Of a stretch of DNA of 64,000 bases, positions 60,476 to 64,000 are shown piece after piece. A model generated the notes under the pieces. The model had not been told where the DNA came from. It made no database searches and saw nothing but the letters and a program-made list of their open reading frames with translations. Origin of the DNA: Spirochaetia bacterium (GTDB taxonomy: Bacteria > Spirochaetota > Spirochaetia > WTKD01 > G963693115); assembly GCA_965196605.1 (NCBI GenBank), contig CBDAKK010000003.1, positions 80,821 to 144,820 on the forward strand. Reading direction: 5' to 3'. Each line of letters starts with the position of its first letter. The stretch's first letter is position 1. Position numbers and translations under genes: made by a program.

Positions 60476-62335
60476 ATGTCAAACACACCAACAATACGCA
60501 TACTCGGTGAATACACGGCAAAGCAAATTGCCGCAGGTGAGGTTATAGAGCGCCCGTCCTGTGTGGTGCGCGAGCTTATAGACAACAGCATTGACGCGGG
60601 TTCTCACAACATTGAAGTACAACTAAAAAACGGCGGGCTTGATAGCATATGCGTCTCCGACGACGGGCGCGGCATGAGCGCTGAAGACCTTGCGCTCTGC
60701 TGCTATTCACACGCAACTTCCAAAATACAAAGCGCTGAAGACCTGCTTGCACTGAGCAGCATGGGCTTTAGGGGTGAGGCGTTGGCAAGCATAAGCGCTA
60801 TAAGCAAGACCATCATTACGAGTTTTGATTCCTTAAGCAAACGCGCGCACGAAATTACGGTTGAGGGTGACAAGTCCTCAGAAGTGCATGAGGCTGTTCA
60901 CAACAAGGGCACGCGCATATGCATTCAACAACTTTTTGGTGCCATACCCGTACGCAAAAAATTTCTCGCCTCAATTTCCGCAGAGCGCATGCGGGTGAAA
61001 AACATCATGGTAGAAAAGGCAGCCGCATTCCCCAACATTGCCTTTACGCTTAAAGAAGGTGTTAAAACCATTGTGCGCATACCGCGCGAAGACGCCTTTA
61101 CTCGTGCGGTGCGTGTCAGTAACCAAGAAGACTCACGCATGTTTGTGTGGTATGAAGACGCGCAAGAAGGGCATGCACCTTTTGCAAAAGAAGAACCCCA
61201 CACAAGCCACGGAGCACCGCGCATGCAAGCCGCGCTTGGGCTTACCGAAATTGCTACAAGAACGAGAAAGCACATTCACTTGTACGTCAACCAGCGACCC
61301 GTGCGTTCTTTTCAACTGGCGCAGGCGGTAGAATACGCATACAAAGACATTATTCACACGGGTGCGTTTCCACAAGCGGTAGTTTTTTTAAGCATAGCGC
61401 CGTCTGAGGTTGACGTAAACGTACACCCAAGCAAGCAAGAGGTGCGCATAAAACCCATGGCGCAGGTGCGCTCGCTTATAATACGCAGCGTTGCCTCAGC
61501 CTTAGAAAGCCAAGCGCGCGCGCTACCGCAGTACAAAGTAGTTAGCAATGATGCTCCAGCGTCTACCAAAATTCAAGACATATTCAAAGGCGAAGAAAAA
61601 CCCGCTCTGCATTTTGCAAAAACGGCGCACACAAGCCTACCAAAAAAACACAGCGCTTCTGCGCACAGGCACATTGCCCCTCGTTCCTTTAGCACCACAC
61701 GCAACAGCGCGCACGCAGTAAACGCAGCATCCATATCGGCGTTGAGTGAGCGCGCTGCGCCATACAAAACCGAAGCACCAGTGAGAGAAGAAGACGCATT
61801 TTTTATAGGCTGCGCATTTGCAAGCTACGCCGTTTTTGAAGTGAAGACAGAACTACTTTTTTTGGACTTTCATGCAACTCATGAGCGGCAGCTTTTCGAT
61901 GCTCTTTTAGAAAAACCACAACCACAGCCGCTGGTTGTGCCGGTGCCGCTTGTTTTGGACATGGCTGAGGAAACACGGACATTAGCACAAGAAGCCTACA
62001 AGCACATAGGCATTGTTATAGAAGAGCAGAAAAAAGATGAAGAACCACACTACGCACTTTCACAAGTGCCACAAGCCCTGTATACGCGCGCTACTAGCAT
62101 TGCCGAGTTGATAGACAGTACGGACTACGCGGCAGAGGGCGTGAACCTAGAGCTTTTTGCCCGCAAGGCCTGCAAGGGCGCGGTAAAGGCGGGAGACCAC
62201 ATAGACGCACAAAATGCCTACGCGCTACTTTCTTACGCACAAAAACTTGAGCGACCACGCTGCCCTCACGGCAGACCCTTGTGGGCCAGCATAGCAAAAT
62301 CAGCCCTTGACAGCATGGTAGGCAGAACAGCGTAA
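60476..62335 (+). CDS. mutL: DNA mismatch repair protein MutL
   Basis: GHKL ATPase N-terminus 'AAGEVIERPSCVVRELIDNSIDAG' and 'FRGEALASI'. C-terminal dimerisation domain. RBS GAGGAG upstream of the ATG at 60476. Confidence 0.9.
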   Translation: MSNTPTIRILGEYTAKQIAAGEVIERPSCVVRELIDNSIDAGSHNIEVQLKNGGLDSICVSDDGRGMSAEDLALCCYSHATSKIQSAEDLLALSSMGFRGEALASISAISKTIITSFDSLSKRAHEITVEGDKSSEVHEAVHNKGTRICIQQLFGAIPVRKKFLASISAERMRVKNIMVEKAAAFPNIAFTLKEGVKTIVRIPREDAFTRAVRVSNQEDSRMFVWYEDAQEGHAPFAKEEPHTSHGAPRMQAALGLTEIATRTRKHIHLYVNQRPVRSFQLAQAVEYAYKDIIHTGAFPQAVVFLSIAPSEVDVNVHPSKQEVRIKPMAQVRSLIIRSVASALESQARALPQYKVVSNDAPASTKIQDIFKGEEKPALHFAKTAHTSLPKKHSASAHRHIAPRSFSTTRNSAHAVNAASISALSERAAPYKTEAPVREEDAFFIGCAFASYAVFEVKTELLFLDFHATHERQLFDALLEKPQPQPLVVPVPLVLDMAEETRTLAQEAYKHIGIVIEEQKKDEEPHYALSQVPQALYTRATSIAELIDSTDYAAEGVNLELFARKACKGAVKAGDHIDAQNAYALLSYAQKLERPRCPHGRPLWASIAKSALDSMVGRTA

Positions 62336-62611
62336 AAACACACGAGTATTTTTGCACCTTTGTGGGAGACGCACCCCACAAAGGTAAACTTGCGTCAGCT
62401 ACAACACACACGGCGTAGCCTACTCGTACGTAAGCGCTGAAATGCGTATATACACTTGGTAATGTTGATATACTACCCATATTGAGATTCCTCGATTGTT
62501 TGTTTTTTATTTTCTCTGTCTTACTCACTCTGTTTGCACGCAGCAATTTGAATCCACCTCGCTTTTATATGTAGTTTTTTCATTGAAAAATATTTCTGAT
62601 ATAATACACAT

Positions 62612-63097
62612 ATGGCGCTTGCTACTGTCACCACAAGACAAAAAACTGCTCCTCTCGGAAGTCCCAAGAATACAAAAATAAAGGCTCCCAAAGCTCAAGC
62701 AAAATCAGTAGTAAGCAGTCTGCTAGCCCCAACAGTAAGCCCGTATGACTTTCTTTCTGAACGTATTACGGGGATTGATATAAAAATAGACGCAACAAAA
62801 AATGAACTTTCTGAGCGCATTACAAGCGTTGACAAAAAAATAGACTTAGTAGAAAAAAACTTGAATACTCGCATTGATGCACTTGACGAGAAATTAACTA
62901 CCCGTATTGATGGGTTAGAAAAAAACATGAATACCCGCATTGATGCAACGAATATCCGCATTGATGGGTTAGAAAACAGCATGAATACGCGTATTGATAG
63001 CCTTGAAAAAAGCATGAGTAGATCATTTACGATGTTGACTATTGTCATGGCTTTTGTGGGAATTGGGCTTGCGCTACTTCAAATATTTGGCAACTAA
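62612..63097 (+). CDS. Coiled-coil 11-residue-repeat protein with a C-terminal TM anchor (paralog of 9705..9995)
   Basis: Repeats 'NTRIDALDEKL / TTRIDGLEKNM / NTRIDATNIRIDGLENSM / NTRIDSLEKSM' followed by 'LTIVMAFVGIGLALLQIF'. Confidence 0.5.
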   Translation: MALATVTTRQKTAPLGSPKNTKIKAPKAQAKSVVSSLLAPTVSPYDFLSERITGIDIKIDATKNELSERITSVDKKIDLVEKNLNTRIDALDEKLTTRIDGLEKNMNTRIDATNIRIDGLENSMNTRIDSLEKSMSRSFTMLTIVMAFVGIGLALLQIFGN

Positions 63098-63376
63098 TAA
63101 TTAATAATTTGTTGTATAACAAAATCTGCACCAACCCTTCCGTAACACCTCAAGGTACTTGCGCCTATAGGCAAATATAGTCGCGCATAAGCGCAAGAAA
63201 CGCTCGCTTAAGTACTTGGGGGTGTGGGGGACACTCCCCCACAAAGGCAAATGTGCATTTGATGATTCGTATATTGACTATAAGAAAGCATTCATTTATT
63301 ATGAGAATTAAGCGTGGCATCTGCCATTGCATAATTTCAGTAATTTATAATATTTAACTTTTCTAGGAGGATTCAT

Positions 63377-63649
63377 ATGAAAGTTACTCCCATTGGAGAC
63401 CGTGTATTATTAAAAATAGCGGCAGAAGAAAGCAAGACAAAGAGCGGCATTATTATTCCCGACACGGCACAAGAAAAAACGCAAACGGGTACCGTCATTG
63501 CTGTAGGAAGCGGTGAAGAGATACAAGAGGCGAAGATTAAGACCGGACAAAAGGTTTTGTACGATAAGTACGCGGGTTCTCAAATTGAAATAGACAAGGT
63601 TGAACACCTCGTTTTGCCAGTAAAAGACATTCTTGCGACTATTGAATAG
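63377..63649 (+). CDS. groES: Co-chaperonin GroES
   Basis: 'VTPIGDRVLLK…ESKTKSGIIIPDTAQEKTQTGTVIAVG' is diagnostic. Length is 90 aa. RBS AGGAGG upstream. Confidence 0.9.
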   Translation: MKVTPIGDRVLLKIAAEESKTKSGIIIPDTAQEKTQTGTVIAVGSGEEIQEAKIKTGQKVLYDKYAGSQIEIDKVEHLVLPVKDILATIE

Positions 63650-63671
63650 TTGTACGCCTACGTTTTTTCAT

Positions 63672-63702
63672 AAAGCACTGCAATACGCAGTGCTTTTTTT
63701 TT
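63672..63702 (+). terminator. Rho-independent terminator after groES
   Basis: Hairpin 'agcactgc-aatac-gcagtgct' followed by a T9 run. Confidence 0.75.
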
Positions 63703-63725
63703 GCGCTTAGAGGCTTTGGGTGATG

Positions 63726-64000
63726 TTAGGCATTACTAATGCGTGCGCCAAGTTGCTCCAAGCAGTGGTAGAAAGACGGGAAGGTAATTGCTGCCACATC
63801 GGCATGCGCTATGCTTATGCTCTGCCGTGCCGCAAGGGCGCCAATGGCAAAGGCCATTGCTACGCGGTGGTCGTGGTGAGAATGTACCTGCCCGCCTTCT
63901 AAGCCATGACTTGATTGTATTACCAGTGCATCGTCATATTCCTTAAGGCGTGCGCCAAGGCGTGTGAGTTCTGCGTGCATGACGGCAATGCGGTTGGTTT
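63726..64000 (-). CDS. aroA: 3-phosphoshikimate 1-carboxyvinyltransferase (EPSP synthase), C-terminal part; gene continues beyond the window
   Basis: 'SHHDHRVAMAFAIGALAA…ITFPSFY' is the AroA C-terminus. Confidence 0.8.
   Translation of the reverse strand, partial: TNRIAVMHAELTRLGARLKEYDDALVIQSSHGLEGGQVHSHHDHRVAMAFAIGALAARQSISIAHADVAAITFPSFYHCLEQLGARISNA

Noticed and set aside
63726-63980. Short 84 aa ORF as a complete gene
   Set aside because: It is the C-terminal part of aroA (EPSP synthase), whose N-terminus lies beyond position 64000. It is reported as a partial gene instead.

Overview
The window looks spirochete-like (roughly 48% GC, groES standing alone without groEL, many lipoproteins). 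It is a mosaic of carbohydrate-catabolic housekeeping operons and a highly repetitive accessory landscape.

Housekeeping content:
- Three CUT2-type sugar ABC importers.
- A D-galactonate-dehydratase-like / DapA-family aldolase / SDR sugar-acid trio.
- An inositol-type catabolic set (iolG x3, iolE x2, iolB x2, iolC, a DeoR-C-like protein, an ABC-F ATPase).
- A ROK regulator, ROK kinase and NagB.
- nrdR, mutL, groES and a partial aroA.

Accessory content:
1. An ~8.3 kb inverted duplication (25.4-33.7 kb) centred on a truncated phage baseplate-J fragment. Each arm carries a P2-like I-H-G tail-fibre module followed by two tandem Dam-family (D12-class) adenine methyltransferases. Identity between arms is mosaic: the central I genes are diverged, the H and G genes are 100% identical, and the methyltransferases are ~90-98% identical. 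No invertase is present.
2. Two paralogous DUF285/BspA-type repeat lipoprotein genes. One is bracketed by ~350 bp imperfect inverted copies of an intergenic repeat family. The other carries an exact 150 bp internal tandem duplication.
3. A 747 aa Ig-like + NHL-repeat surface lipoprotein. It is followed by a ~1.1 kb compound tandem-repeat array and a detached duplicate of its own 5' coding region.
4. A DUF2157-DUF4401-GDYXXLXY membrane gene triad.
5. A HEPN/MNT toxin-antitoxin pair plus a coiled-coil membrane protein, inserted as a ~1.5 kb cassette. The cassette is flanked by a ~100 bp diverged duplicate of the 3' end of the SDR gene.
6. A defence-type pair next to mutL: a GmrSD-like DUF262/DUF1524 type IV restriction protein with an in-frame downstream ORF separated by a single TGA, and an HD-domain dGTPase-like protein.
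7. A recurrent GC-rich palindrome family (GTGGGGG-loop-CCCCCAC) at many gene ends.
8. A Zn-ADH gene with an in-frame TAA at codon 30.

No tRNA, rRNA, CRISPR array or transposase/integrase gene could be supported.
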